Source: Candidatus Hadarchaeota archaeon (GTDB lineage: Archaea > Hadarchaeota > Hadarchaeia > Hadarchaeales > JAGGTB01). From it: a stretch of DNA of 64,000 nucleotides. The first letter of the stretch is position 1. Each line of letters opens with the position of its first letter. Made by a program: the position numbers and the translations under genes. The DNA lies in the NCBI GenBank assembly GCA_964384105.1, contig CAYLJV010000001.1:96001-160000 (forward strand), in the 5' to 3' direction. This document shows, one piece after another, positions 40,077-50,674 of this stretch. The notes beneath the pieces are model-generated. The model made no database searches. It saw only the letters and a program-made list of their open reading frames with translations, and was not told the DNA's origin.

Positions 40077-40347
40077 TATTATTTTCAGAAAAGAATTGAG
40101 TAGAATCACTATTAAAATGAGTGTCTGAATTGGTTAATTTCTGGATTAAACCAGTTCTAGTAATAGAGTTTTTATAACTATTGCATATTCATAAATCCAG
40201 ACTCCAGCAAATAGGTTCTAAAAGAGTACTCAGTGGTTGTCAGATATTTGCTGACTACAGTTGGAGATAGTAAAAATATTAATAATTTTGATAGTTAAAT
40301 CTCTCTATTAATACTAGAATATCGCCCTCTCCATGACTCTCTTAATT

Positions 40348-40602
40348 CTATTCTTTGGGTAAGTCGGATAGTCTCTTCAGTTTTATTGTTCCTCGAATCC
40401 TGGTATTTTGGCCGGTTCCGCCATCTACTTTCAATATATCCAATTCTTCTAAGGATAGGAAAATACTGCTCAAACTGTCAATATTTTTTAAGAATTTTTC
40501 CGACAGAGAACATTCTTTTTGGATCTCTTCTAGGTTGTGCCATTCGCAATCGGAGAGGTACTCGACTATTCTATCTATTTTCTCCCAGTTGTCTTTTTTC
40601 AT
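40348..40602 (-). CDS. Small wHTH-like hypothetical protein
   Basis: 84 aa; I-x2-L...WH-x-LEEI...LS pattern. Confidence 0.6.
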   Translation of the reverse strand: MKKDNWEKIDRIVEYLSDCEWHNLEEIQKECSLSEKFLKNIDSLSSIFLSLEELDILKVDGGTGQNTRIRGTIKLKRLSDLPKE

Positions 40603-40720
40603 GGAATGACCAATTTATCTCCCGCTTGAACCTGCATAAAAATTTTGCTAAACAATATTCGGGATAGAGTCGAGACATCTTTTAATTTGTTTAGTTTTCC
40701 TAATGTTTTTCTTATCTATT

Positions 40721-40879
40721 TTACGATTCTTTTTCATATTTGCGTTTTTCTTTGCCAATAATTCTCTTGAGGTAAGTATTTTCTACTGAAGATGATTCTT
40801 TTTTATTTGATTCCGGATCGTCTTCCTTTTTTACCTTTTTGCTTCTTGATTTCTTTTCTTTATGTTTGTCTTTTTTCAT
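40721..40879 (-). CDS. 52-aa Lys-rich hypothetical protein
   Basis: Manual translation: MKKDKHKEKKSRSKKVKKEDDPES...; GGAG upstream. Confidence 0.4.
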   Translation of the reverse strand: MKKDKHKEKKSRSKKVKKEDDPESNKKESSSVENTYLKRIIGKEKRKYEKES

Positions 40880-41002
40880 CTCGAACTCCACTAGACTCTA
40901 TGGGATGATGCTTAATAATAGCAATTATGGATAAAGATAAAATTCCAAAAACCGAATTCTTATTCAAAAACATAGGATGTCTGCCGGTTCGTCTTTTTTA
41001 CG

Positions 41003-41317
41003 CTAGGAAGGTTTTCTTTTGACTACCGCTAACCTTCCTTGGTCGTCCTCGATTTCGAAACCATGACGCTGATACCAATCCAGTCTGGGTTTGAAGGTTT
41101 TTGCGACTATTTCCGAATTTTCAAAGTCTTTTAGAATATGCTTTAGGAGGGTGGAACCAACTCCCTTACTTCTGCTATTTCTTTTGATGTTTATCTGTTT
41201 GAGCTTAATTGGCTCGACGGAGTCTATCAGAGTTGCGCTCCCGATTATTCGACTTCCGTAGTCGTTCCAGACTACATATTTACATTTTTTCCCGGACTCT
41301 TCGCGTTCTATCTGCAT
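41003..41317 (-). CDS. GNAT acetyltransferase
   Basis: RSKGVGSTLL and WYQRHGF motifs. Confidence 0.85.
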   Translation of the reverse strand: MQIEREESGKKCKYVVWNDYGSRIIGSATLIDSVEPIKLKQINIKRNSRSKGVGSTLLKHILKDFENSEIVAKTFKPRLDWYQRHGFEIEDDQGRLAVVKRKPS

Positions 41318-41409
41318 TGTAATCCTAAAAGCAACGATGAGCTACTATAAAAGTCTTGAGGGGAAGCTCATTTAATTGGGACTTTTATGATATCAAAAGG
41401 TGATTTTCT

Positions 41410-42531
41410 CTATTTTTTTTCTAATGCCATGTCTAGGATCTTATTTACTTCTTTATTCAGTTCCTCTGGAAGTCCCAGGATTCTTACGTCCATGAAACCG
41501 CGCGTGATTAAGGATATTGCTCTGTCTCGGGGTATTCCTCGAGTCATTAGATATTCTATCTGTTTTTCGGAAATTTTTCCCACTGCTGCTTCGTGAGTTA
41601 TGTCTGCGCCTTTTTTTCTTGCAACTAGTTCAGGTATCGATCTGATGATGGAGTCATTATCCATAATCAGTCCCCGACATTCAAGGTGCCCTTTACACTC
41701 CGAATTGTTTCCATCTATTTCGCCTCTTACAATTATTTTGGCTCCATCTTGGACTATCGCTCGGGATATCATCTCTGCCCTGCTCTCTTTCCCGTTGAGT
41801 ACTGCCTTAGAACCGATATCTAGATTAGAATTTTTTTGACTGTAGAGAATATTATTGAAGCTAACTTTCGATTCCTTACCATTACAATACGCCTCAGGAT
41901 ACATCTGGACATCTTTGACCGGCTCTAAATTCACATAGTTTGAAGTGAAGCTTCCTTTATCTTCTATCAAAGCTGCACTACGGGGTCTGACAAAGGTTTC
42001 TTCGCCCCAGTCATGAATCATTGTAAAATTAAGCTCTGCGTTTTTCTTGATGTAGTATTCGGTTACGCCTAGATGGGACCCTTTTGTGACTCCGTGGCTT
42101 TGGGTACATCCACTTATTATATGAGCTTTGGAATTTTCTTCCGCTATTATTATGTTATGTACCTTCTGCTCTTGGTTTTGTTTTCTCATTAATAGGCAGG
42201 ACTGAAGTGGGAACATAATCTCTTGATTCGGTAAGATTCTCATGAAATATCCGCCGCCGAATTCTTCAGAAACTTTTTCCGTGAATTCGTCCTTTTCTTT
42301 ATCTATTAAGTTCCAGAGATAGTCCTTCACCCAGTCGTATTTCTCTAGAGCTTCCTTCGTATCCATTAGTTCTAATTTTCCACCGAATTTTTCGTTAACT
42401 TTTGAGTATACAGTGGACTGGTCTACGTGGAATAGTGTTCCAGAACGGGTTTCCTCCTCTTCGATTCCCACCTTGTAGGCTTCTTTGATTATTTCATGAG
42501 GAATTTTCTCTAGCTCTGATCCTTCTCCCAA
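41410..42531 (-). CDS. sufB: SufB/SufD-family Fe-S scaffold (minimal archaeal SUF)
   Basis: GHLECRGL, ITHEAAVGKI and YLMTRG motifs. Confidence 0.93.
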   Translation of the reverse strand: MGEGSELEKIPHEIIKEAYKVGIEEEETRSGTLFHVDQSTVYSKVNEKFGGKLELMDTKEALEKYDWVKDYLWNLIDKEKDEFTEKVSEEFGGGYFMRILPNQEIMFPLQSCLLMRKQNQEQKVHNIIIAEENSKAHIISGCTQSHGVTKGSHLGVTEYYIKKNAELNFTMIHDWGEETFVRPRSAALIEDKGSFTSNYVNLEPVKDVQMYPEAYCNGKESKVSFNNILYSQKNSNLDIGSKAVLNGKESRAEMISRAIVQDGAKIIVRGEIDGNNSECKGHLECRGLIMDNDSIIRSIPELVARKKGADITHEAAVGKISEKQIEYLMTRGIPRDRAISLITRGFMDVRILGLPEELNKEVNKILDMALEKK

Positions 42532-42532
42532 T

Positions 42533-43276
42533 TTACCATCCCTCTGTGACTCTTTCTTTGCAGGAGAAACACTCTTTGTATCCTTTCTCTTTTATTTCCT
42601 TGAGTATTCTATGGGGGTCGGGATAGCATCTGATCTTTTTTCCAAACATGACGCATGCGTGGTCCACATCCACGTGTTCCAAGATGCCACCTTGGTGAGT
42701 AACGATCAAAGCTGAGCTGCTAGTTTCCTTTATATATTCCTGAATCTTTCTTCCTATCAGCTTCAAACTTTCGACATCTACTCCAGAATCTGGTTCATCT
42801 AAGAGCAATAGCTTAGGTTTTAAGAAAAACATCTGGAGAGTTTCAGCTCTTTTTCTTTCTCCTCCAGAAAAACCTACATTTATTTCCCGATCGAGAAAGT
42901 CGGTGAGTCGTAGCGTTTCTATTAACTCCCGCTCTTTTTTAGTAAAGCTATCATTTCTCTCCTTTCCGGCAGATAACTTTAGTAAATCAGATAGTTTTAT
43001 TCCAGTGATTTCAGGCGGATGTTGGAATCCGATAGAAATTCCAAGTTTTGCTCTTTCCTCAACGCTTAGGTTGGTTATATCCTTTCCAAGGAATCTTATT
43101 TCCCCATCGATGTTTTTTGGAGGGACTAGGCCCATTATTGCGTGTAGTAGAGTCGTTTTTCCGGAACCGTTTGGCCCAAATAGGACGTAGCTTTCTCCTT
43201 CGTTTAATTTAAGAGAAATCTTGTCTAGGATTTTTTTGTTTCCCATCTTTACTTTCAGATCTTCTACTTCCAGCAT
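42533..43276 (-). CDS. sufC: SufC-type ATPase with C-terminal CxxC
   Basis: GPNGSGKT, NVGFSGGERKR and LDEPDSGVD motifs. Confidence 0.93.
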   Translation of the reverse strand: MLEVEDLKVKMGNKKILDKISLKLNEGESYVLFGPNGSGKTTLLHAIMGLVPPKNIDGEIRFLGKDITNLSVEERAKLGISIGFQHPPEITGIKLSDLLKLSAGKERNDSFTKKERELIETLRLTDFLDREINVGFSGGERKRAETLQMFFLKPKLLLLDEPDSGVDVESLKLIGRKIQEYIKETSSSALIVTHQGGILEHVDVDHACVMFGKKIRCYPDPHRILKEIKEKGYKECFSCKERVTEGW

Positions 43277-43512
43277 TTTATTTCCAAATCCTGTTATTCG
43301 TCTTTTTTGATACCTTTGATTGTTTATGTTATTAAACTGATGATTGCGCTCTTCTCTTCCTGTCTTGGTGGAAATTTTCGACTGTGGAAAGGAATATCAG
43401 TTTTCCGTAAGATTGATTATGAGCTCGTCTGTAGAAGAGTAACTCTCGGGTTGATCGGCATGTTGATGCTTTAAAATTCAAAAAATATTAGTTATCTCGA
43501 GTAATAGTACGA

Positions 43513-44490
43513 GTGATTAAAGTGAAAATAGTAGCTATTGAGGATCTACAGTTGGAAGAAAATGAAGTAAGGCGGATTTTCTCAGAATTTTTGAAACCGG
43601 ATAACGACTTGAAATACTTCAAGAATAAGCCGGATTCTCAATCTGAGCTAATAGACAGGTTATCGGATGCCGAGATAGCTATTGGCGTTAATTTTCCTAT
43701 TAGTCGAGAAGCGATATCTGAGTCAACGAATCTAAAGATGATATCTACCTCTTTTACAGGATACGATCACGTCGATATCGATGCTGCGACCGAGAGAGGG
43801 GTAGTAGTAACCAATGTTCCGGAATATGCCACTTATGCTGTGACTGAATTGGTCTTTGGATTTATTTTTTCTATTTTAAGAAAGTTAAACAAGGCAGATG
43901 CTGTGGTTAGGACCGGCTGGACCAGAGAAGGTCTTTTAGGGAAGGAGCTTTTCGGTAAGACTCTTGGTGTTATTGGGGCGGGTAATATCGGTCAGGAGGT
44001 CGCTAGAATTGGAAACACTTTCGGAGCAGATGTTCTAATTTACGATTATGCTCAGAGGGAGGATATAGCTGAGAAGGCGGATGCTGAACTCTCCAGATTA
44101 GAAGATCTGTTAAAAAATAGCGATATAATCACGATTCATGTTCCATTGAACGAGGAGACATATGGATTTATTGGAAAAGAGGAGATCGATTTGATGAAAG
44201 AGGGAGCTATTCTGATAAACGCAGCAAGAGGACCAATAGTTATGAGAGAACCACTTATGGAAGCTCTGAAGACAGATAAAATCAGCGCAGGCTTGGATGT
44301 TTATCATGAGGAACCTCTCTCGCCCGATGATCCTTTAACAAAGACCGAAAATACAGCTTTTACACCCCATATAGGCTTCTATACGGAGGAGGCTCTTTTT
44401 AGAAGAACTAAAACAGCTTTTGAGAATATCGAAAGTTTCTTAGAAGGAGACCCTAAAAACGTGGTTAATCCTACCGTTTTAGATAAATAG
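43513..44490 (+). CDS. D-2-hydroxyacid dehydrogenase family protein
   Basis: TGYDHVD, GAGNIG, INAARG and TPHIG motifs. Confidence 0.93.
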   Translation: MIKVKIVAIEDLQLEENEVRRIFSEFLKPDNDLKYFKNKPDSQSELIDRLSDAEIAIGVNFPISREAISESTNLKMISTSFTGYDHVDIDAATERGVVVTNVPEYATYAVTELVFGFIFSILRKLNKADAVVRTGWTREGLLGKELFGKTLGVIGAGNIGQEVARIGNTFGADVLIYDYAQREDIAEKADAELSRLEDLLKNSDIITIHVPLNEETYGFIGKEEIDLMKEGAILINAARGPIVMREPLMEALKTDKISAGLDVYHEEPLSPDDPLTKTENTAFTPHIGFYTEEALFRRTKTAFENIESFLEGDPKNVVNPTVLDK

Positions 44491-44522
44491 ATTTGATAGA
44501 AATTCTAATTTCTAATTATTAA

Positions 44523-45128
44523 TCACTCAAGAAGCGTAAAACTGTCCAAAACTGTGTTTAGCTGAGATTTTAACTGTTCATGGGATCCTTCGTATGAATA
44601 GTAGGAGATTGAATATCCAGAATTATCTCTTTTCAGGAGTATTGTTCTCGCAATTGTATTGTTTTTCTCATTCTCTTGAGTTGCTCTATAGGAGAAATCA
44701 ATCCCTGATGCGTCTTTTATTTGTATATCCTTCTTTTCTTCTAGGAGATTCATGTTTTCGTTGTTTTTAATTGTTGTGTCTATCTGTTCCCATATTGATT
44801 CCAAGGAGTTTCCAAAAGAAGGTACCGTGTAGATCTGTATCTCTGCCTGAGGTCTACCAGCAGTGGAGTTTTCTAGGATAGAAACCCTAAAAGTTCCGAA
44901 GGCTACGGTATTTTCTTCGTGCCAATTAGAGGGATATTCGAAGGAGAATTCGTATTCTTCGCTTACAAATTTTTTGTAGTCTCCATTCTGGACAGATGCA
45001 CTACCCGATGTTTCACTGATATAGAGAGTTCCAACTATAGCTATGGCTATAATAACCGCGATGACCGGTATCGCATCTAGTCCCGTTCCCCGGTTTATCC
45101 TGTCGTGTTCTTCGTCCATGCTAATCAA
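44523..45128 (-). CDS. Membrane-anchored PsbP/DUF1795-like protein
   Basis: N-terminal TM, FSFEYPSNW and C-terminal LDSF. Confidence 0.75.
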   Translation of the reverse strand: MISMDEEHDRINRGTGLDAIPVIAVIIAIAIVGTLYISETSGSASVQNGDYKKFVSEEYEFSFEYPSNWHEENTVAFGTFRVSILENSTAGRPQAEIQIYTVPSFGNSLESIWEQIDTTIKNNENMNLLEEKKDIQIKDASGIDFSYRATQENEKNNTIARTILLKRDNSGYSISYYSYEGSHEQLKSQLNTVLDSFTLLE

Positions 45129-45241
45129 CCAAACAACTCGCTCGTTTAAAGGATTTCCCCTTTCTAATTGACTTTTTGATTCGAAAAACCGAAAATTTTA
45201 TTGAGTTAATTCGGTCGGTTTATATATGGGGAGGTGTTAAA

Positions 45242-45955
45242 TTGGGCAATAAAGATTTTTTTCGATTAAAAGACGTCAATATCTCTTACGGGCGAATCAG
45301 AGTTATAAAAGAAGTTAACATGAAAGTCAAAGCAGGAGAGTCCGTGGCTCTTCTTGGGCCAAACGGCTCTGGTAAAACGACGCTGATGAACGGGATTATT
45401 GGCTTGAAAGATGTGAAGGGGGAGATAATTTTCAACGGAGAGAACATAGCACCGTTGTCAGCTCACGAGATAGCTCATCGAAAAATAGCGCTTGCTTCCG
45501 AGAGGGGTTCGTTCTTCCCGACGATGAACGTGGCAGAGAATCTATTGATGAGCAGTATAACCCTGAGTAGAGACGAGAGGCAGGAGAGGCTGAAAGAAGT
45601 CTTGGGTCTTTTCCCTAGACTCGACGAGAGAGAAAAGCAGGAGGTTCAGAGCTTGAGTGGTGGAGAGAGAAAGATGCTCACTATTGGTATGGCTTTGATG
45701 AAGAACCCCGAGTTGGTCCTTGCTGACGAGCCTGCGATGGGTCTAGCTGTCGGTATAGTCGAAGACGTTATCAAGAAACTAAATGAGTTGAACGACAGGG
45801 GAATTGCTATAATTACCACCGAACAGAATATCGACTTTGTTCTTAAAGTCGCCGATAAGGTATATCTGTTGGATATGGGTGAGTTATCTGAGCCAATTCC
45901 CACTGATAAGTTAGAAGAATCGGAATTTGTAGAAAAAACTTACTTTGGAGAGTAG
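45242..45955 (+). CDS. LivF-like ABC ATPase (orphan)
   Basis: GPNGSGKT, LFPRL-x-ER, LSGGERKML and DEPAMGLA motifs; TTG start after GGAGGTG. Confidence 0.88.
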   Translation: MGNKDFFRLKDVNISYGRIRVIKEVNMKVKAGESVALLGPNGSGKTTLMNGIIGLKDVKGEIIFNGENIAPLSAHEIAHRKIALASERGSFFPTMNVAENLLMSSITLSRDERQERLKEVLGLFPRLDEREKQEVQSLSGGERKMLTIGMALMKNPELVLADEPAMGLAVGIVEDVIKKLNELNDRGIAIITTEQNIDFVLKVADKVYLLDMGELSEPIPTDKLEESEFVEKTYFGE

Positions 45956-46105
45956 GGTTCGAACGATCTTGCTTGTTATAGAGGCGTTTATTTATCGTTA
46001 GCGTCAGCTCTAAGCCGATTTAATTGATTTCTTCTTTAAAAACAAATTAAGGAAAATAAGAGAAAAAAGGCCGAAATCAAAAATATTATCAATATTTAAA
46101 ATCGA

Positions 46106-46465
46106 TCATTGGCCGCCGGACATCATTTTTTGTAGTTTCTTCTGGTTTTCTTGTGCTTTTTCTTGAATACTATCTTCTTTACTTTCCATCGATTTTAGTT
46201 GAGTTTCCATTTTTTCTTTCATGTCCGTTAATTCTTCCATGAGTTCTTCTTTATCCGATTTCACTCCAATAGGTCCAACTACTCTAAAAACATCATCATC
46301 TTCATCGACGTCTTCGAGAGCATCGAACGCTTTGTCGAGATACTTTTGCTGTGCCTTGATTTGGTGCTTGTGTTCGTCTATCTGTTGTAGTTGTTGTTGC
46401 TGTTTTTGGAGTTCACCTATCATTTGCTTTGCTTCATCTGACATATTTTGTGGATTTGGTTGCAA
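46106..46465 (-). CDS. pfdB: Prefoldin beta subunit
   Basis: Q-rich coiled coil and VFRVVG hairpin; TTG 46465 behind GGAGGTG. Confidence 0.88.
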   Translation of the reverse strand: MQPNPQNMSDEAKQMIGELQKQQQQLQQIDEHKHQIKAQQKYLDKAFDALEDVDEDDDVFRVVGPIGVKSDKEELMEELTDMKEKMETQLKSMESKEDSIQEKAQENQKKLQKMMSGGQ

Positions 46466-46707
46466 TTTTTTCACCTCCTGAAGTCGGAGTATAGTGTTAA
46501 TACTGTCTCCCCTAGTAAAAAAGGTCGGAATTGTCAGATTTCGATAAAATCTAAATATTTTTGAAAAAATTGCCCTTGACAAGACAAAAAATCAAAATGT
46601 TCTCTTTTTTTGGGAGCCTTCCTGTCTATTAAAATCATTGAGGGCCGTTCTTCCTCCAACTGTTATGAAAATAAAAAATCGAAAGAAGACTCGGGTTTGA
46701 GAAATAT

Positions 46708-47232
46708 TTAACTGGAGATTTTTTCTTTGGAGAGACTTAAGTGATCTTTTTCTATTTCGACTATAGCTTTGAAGAGTTTCCTGACCTCCGGTTCTTCTGC
46801 CTCTGAGGCAAACCTTGAATAAGCTTTTATTGCTCTATCCTCTCGCTTGTGAGCTTCTCGATAATTCTCTAATGCGTCTTTTGAGCATTTTTCGTAGCTT
46901 GGTATCTCTTCTTCGGGCACATCTATAACTTCGGCTAGCGCTTCAGCATGCTCTGCTTCTATTTTTCCTAGTCTTTTAAAAATCGCGGCGTCTGATTCGC
47001 TCTCCGTTTTTTTAGCAGCGCAAGCATAGAACTTTGCGTTGTCAATTTCCAGTTCTATTGCCTCTAAAACGTTTTTACGAGACTTCTCAGAAACTTCTTT
47101 GGGCATTAATCGTTCGTATTTCTCTAATTTTTTCAAATATTCTTGATGAGCTCCACAGTAGGGACAGTTCTCTGGTTTCGAGTATCCCAGATACGTTTCT
47201 CCACAAATCTCACATCTGAAAGCTGTGAACAT
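46708..47232 (-). CDS. Reverse rubrerythrin-like protein (rubredoxin plus ferritin-like domain)
   Basis: CEICG, CPYCGA and ExxH di-iron motifs. Confidence 0.9.
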   Translation of the reverse strand: MFTAFRCEICGETYLGYSKPENCPYCGAHQEYLKKLEKYERLMPKEVSEKSRKNVLEAIELEIDNAKFYACAAKKTESESDAAIFKRLGKIEAEHAEALAEVIDVPEEEIPSYEKCSKDALENYREAHKREDRAIKAYSRFASEAEEPEVRKLFKAIVEIEKDHLSLSKEKISS

Positions 47233-47381
47233 ATAAAAATCACCTCTTCATATTTATAATCTATTTCGAAGCTTTTAGCCTCTTTGTGTGAGTGGATTTC
47301 GTTATTGATCTTTTACGATGAATTCGTAATAATAAAGATAATAAAATAAAAGATTATTAGAAGAGTTTCTCCATATTCCGT

Positions 47382-47576
47382 TTACTCTATCTTTTTTACT
47401 TTAATGGCCTTTGGGCCCTTTTCCCCTTCTTCGGAGTCGAACTCTACGGTGTCTCCTTCGTTTAGTTTTCCAGACACGATATCGTCTCCGTGAACATAGA
47501 GATCTTTTTTTCCTTCCTCGGGTTCGATAAAGCCGTAGTTTCTCATTCCGTTAAAGAATTTTACTGTTCCTTTCAT
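47382..47576 (-). CDS. Cold-shock domain protein
   Basis: MKGTVKFFN..NYGFI..DLYVH; RBS AGGAGGTG. Confidence 0.93.
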   Translation of the reverse strand: MKGTVKFFNGMRNYGFIEPEEGKKDLYVHGDDIVSGKLNEGDTVEFDSEEGEKGPKAIKVKKIE

Positions 47577-47838
47577 GTTATTACACCTCCTGGATTTCAC
47601 TGCTGCGATTCAGAAATGCAAACTATCCTTGGATTAAAAATAGATGTCTCTAAACCTTGTAACAGAATTTTTTTACTTTCCTTATCAACATCGGCTTGTG
47701 AACTTAAAAAGAGTCCCTTTGTTCGAAAGTGTTTAGTAGCTACGTTTTCTTTTATTACTTTTGAGATAACTAGTCTTATTCTTTTATTTTGAGGGTATAG
47801 GCCGGAAGGTACTAGTAGGAGGGAAGAAAGGTAATAAT

Positions 47839-48771
47839 GTGAGCTCTATTGAGGATTCCGAGAAGGAATCCGTTAAGTGTCCGAGCTGCGGTGGCACTTC
47901 CGTGGTGAGGGACTATCAGCACAACGTCACAATATGCGCTGATTGCGGCAGGATCCTAGAAGAGAATATAAAGGATCGGGGCCCGGAGTGGAGAGCATTT
48001 AGCTCCGAGGAATATGATAATAAGAAGCGATCAGGACCTCCTTCTACCCAGACTATTCATGATAGGGGTCTTTCTACAAAGATAGATTGGAAAAACAGGG
48101 ATGCACGGGGTAAGAATCTCTCACCTGAAAAGTCTCGACAGATGTATCGATTAAGAAAGTGGGATAATAGAAGCAAGATCGCCAATTCGGAGGATAGGAA
48201 CTTAATTATTGCACTCAGTGAGATGAGTAGAATGGTTTCTCAACTCGGTCTGCCGAGAAGTACGCAGGAGATAGCATCCAAAATTTACCGAAAAGCTGTC
48301 GAGGAAGGCCTGATTCGCGGGAGGTCGATTGAGGGTATTGTCTCGGCTACACTTTACGCGGCGTGCAGGGAGGCACAGATGCCTCGAACCCTCGAAGAGA
48401 TCGCTGAAGTGAGTCGAATTGATATTAGAAAAATTTCAAGTAATTATATGTTTTTAATCCGAGAGTTGGATCTCCATCTTCCGCCGACCGATCCAGCGAG
48501 ATATATAACTAGATTTGGAAGTGAACTTGGCCTTTCCGGCGAAGTTCAAACTGAGGCGATGCATATGATCAAAAAAATTCGAGATAAAAAGTTGACTTCC
48601 GGTAAGAGTCCCAGCGGGACGGCTGCGGCGTGTCTATACATTGCGGCTTTGAGGGGTGGAGAGAGGGTAACTCAGAGGGAAGTTGCGGAGGTTGCTGGAG
48701 TGACCGAAGTCACTGTCAGAAACAGATACAAAGATACGATCGACGATTTAGGTATCGAGCTTCAGCCTTGA
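47839..48771 (+). CDS. tfb: Transcription initiation factor IIB
   Basis: Zn ribbon, GPEWRAF, RGRSIE and TQREVAEVAGVTEVTVRNRY motifs. Confidence 0.96.
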   Translation: MSSIEDSEKESVKCPSCGGTSVVRDYQHNVTICADCGRILEENIKDRGPEWRAFSSEEYDNKKRSGPPSTQTIHDRGLSTKIDWKNRDARGKNLSPEKSRQMYRLRKWDNRSKIANSEDRNLIIALSEMSRMVSQLGLPRSTQEIASKIYRKAVEEGLIRGRSIEGIVSATLYAACREAQMPRTLEEIAEVSRIDIRKISSNYMFLIRELDLHLPPTDPARYITRFGSELGLSGEVQTEAMHMIKKIRDKKLTSGKSPSGTAAACLYIAALRGGERVTQREVAEVAGVTEVTVRNRYKDTIDDLGIELQP

Positions 48772-49131
48772 TTGTGAAATATGGGCTTTTATTCAAAGTT
48801 TTTAGAAAAGCTGTCACTGCTTCTTTTTTGAAAGACTTATAGGTATCACTTTTCACGGTCTTCGAATCTCTCAGATAAAAACTCCTAAATAGGTCTTAAT
48901 TTGAAATCAAAGCATAATTAGAAGATTTAGTATAGGTCACCTATAATTAGATTCTTGATCCGAATATTTAATATCTAATTAATTTAGTTGCCTTTACTGA
49001 ATTCTATTCCCATCACTAACACACATTGAAGTTAGAATTTGACAAAATTTTATTTTAGCCAATTTTCGTACTTCTACAGCAGATTTTGTCGAAAAACCTT
49101 TCGATAGTGTTCCGAAGTCGAAATATATTTC

Positions 49132-49674
49132 TTATTCTTCGTATTTTTCTTTGAAGAGATCTACTACCGGTTTTAGACCAGTTCTAACTACCTTTCTGAG
49201 TGATTTTGACCTTCCAATAAGATCCGCTACTGGTGGGGATAGTGTGTAGTATAAATTCACTAATTGCTTTCCCCAGTTTCTTTGGACGAGGTAAGAGTCT
49301 CTAAATTTGCGCAAGACATTGATTTCTTTTGCGAGTGGGGTCCCGTAAGCGGCTGTTGCTATGAAACAACCTTGTTGTCTCCTCTCCATATCGTGGTAGT
49401 AGTATTTCCCACAGACCGGACACTTGAATTTTAAATGCATATGCATTTCTTCACTTGATCCAAATCCGAGAAATCCTCCACGCGTTTCTACTTCTCTAAC
49501 TTCGGGTTTCTCTACCTCCATTATCTCCGCATCTTCGTCACACACTATTAGGGGAGTAGCTCCGATGGCGATAATTCCCGATGATTCCAACTCGTTTTCG
49601 TTCTTTTCTTCACTTTCTTCTTCTATTTCTTCTTCAGATTTTTCTTCAGTTTCCTTTTTTGGCAATACAATCAA
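49132..49674 (-). CDS. Zn-ribbon protein with a C-terminal CFI-box (GCFIATAAYG) domain
   Basis: Acidic N-terminus, CPVCG and GCFIATAAYG...LRKFRD...YY-x2-SPP. Confidence 0.82.
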   Translation of the reverse strand: MIVLPKKETEEKSEEEIEEESEEKNENELESSGIIAIGATPLIVCDEDAEIMEVEKPEVREVETRGGFLGFGSSEEMHMHLKFKCPVCGKYYYHDMERRQQGCFIATAAYGTPLAKEINVLRKFRDSYLVQRNWGKQLVNLYYTLSPPVADLIGRSKSLRKVVRTGLKPVVDLFKEKYEE

Positions 49675-49777
49675 CCAATCCTATTCCTTTTTCATCATAA
49701 ATAAATCCACTTTTACATGAGCATGGCTAAAGGATCTAAATGAAGAATAGTTTTTTCTGTTAATTAAGGATTCTAGT

Positions 49778-50674
49778 TTATTTGAAAAGATCTCCGATTT
49801 CTTTTTTAAGTCCGGTAAGCATCCCTCTTACCAAAGCTTTCCACTTTTGCTCACCTTCTTTGAATATTAGCGCAGAGCAGTCTATACCGTTCACGATTTC
49901 ATCGGTCATCCAACCAAATAAGTACCGAGTGAAAACGTACTCTTTAGTTGGGCCCAGTATGATTAAATCGTAATCCTTTTTCGTTTCTTCTATCAAAGCT
50001 TTCGAAATTTTTTTATGTTGAATTATTTTTGTCTCGCACTCTACACCTAGATTATGCATGAAAGTTTTTGGTCCATTTAGGATTTCTTGAGCTTCTTCCT
50101 CAGTCTCGTCCTCTTGAAGAATATGGACTAATACACAGTCGGCCTTTGTTCCTTCAATTAATTTGGCGGTAACCGACAGCCGCTTTCTATAGTCGTAATC
50201 TTTGTACCCTACTGGGAAAAGAATCTTTTTTATATCCTGAACATTTCCAGTTCTATTTTTGAAGACTAGAACGTCTCGATCCGAATTGGCAAATATACGT
50301 TCAAGCGGATTTTGTCTCAGTGACCTTAGACTCATCTTGCCGCCCCACCCCATTAATATTAGATCGGAATCATTTTCCTCTGCCTCTTCGAGAACCCCTT
50401 GCCACACAGCCTCACTATATCTTATCTTTGGGACTATCTTTGTCCATCTACTAGCTGCCGTTTTCTCTCGATACCTCTCTATAGTTTTCGATGAACGACG
50501 CCAATCCTTTTGCATTTCTATGAAACTTCCTTCTTCGACTACAGTGAGAAATATGATTTTTCCATGATCTACTAGAACAGAAGCGAGTTCTGTTATTCTA
50601 TTTACATCGTTTGGATGTCGTACGGGTACTAGCAAGTTTTTATATCTATATTCATTCCCCAACATTATCCCCAT
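49778..50674 (-). CDS. Tandem universal stress protein at the end of the kdp operon (KdpQ-like position)
   Basis: Two USP domains (LLVPV...DLILMGW and ILFPV...DLIILG). Confidence 0.82.
   Translation of the reverse strand: MGIMLGNEYRYKNLLVPVRHPNDVNRITELASVLVDHGKIIFLTVVEEGSFIEMQKDWRRSSKTIERYREKTAASRWTKIVPKIRYSEAVWQGVLEEAEENDSDLILMGWGGKMSLRSLRQNPLERIFANSDRDVLVFKNRTGNVQDIKKILFPVGYKDYDYRKRLSVTAKLIEGTKADCVLVHILQEDETEEEAQEILNGPKTFMHNLGVECETKIIQHKKISKALIEETKKDYDLIILGPTKEYVFTRYLFGWMTDEIVNGIDCSALIFKEGEQKWKALVRGMLTGLKKEIGDLFK

Noticed and set aside
40202-40266. Inverted repeats (CAGCAAATA/TATTTGCTG and CTCCAGC/GTTGGAG)
   Set aside because: Single occurrence with no supporting motif; could be chance.
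43334-43440. Possible C/D sRNA or structured RNA between sufC and the dehydrogenase (TGATGA, short stems)
   Set aside because: No properly spaced D, D' or C' boxes.
48931-48945. Palindrome TATAGGT-C-ACCTATA in an AT-rich gap; considered as an origin or operator
   Set aside because: No ORB-like repeats, no cdc6 nearby, and only one full copy.
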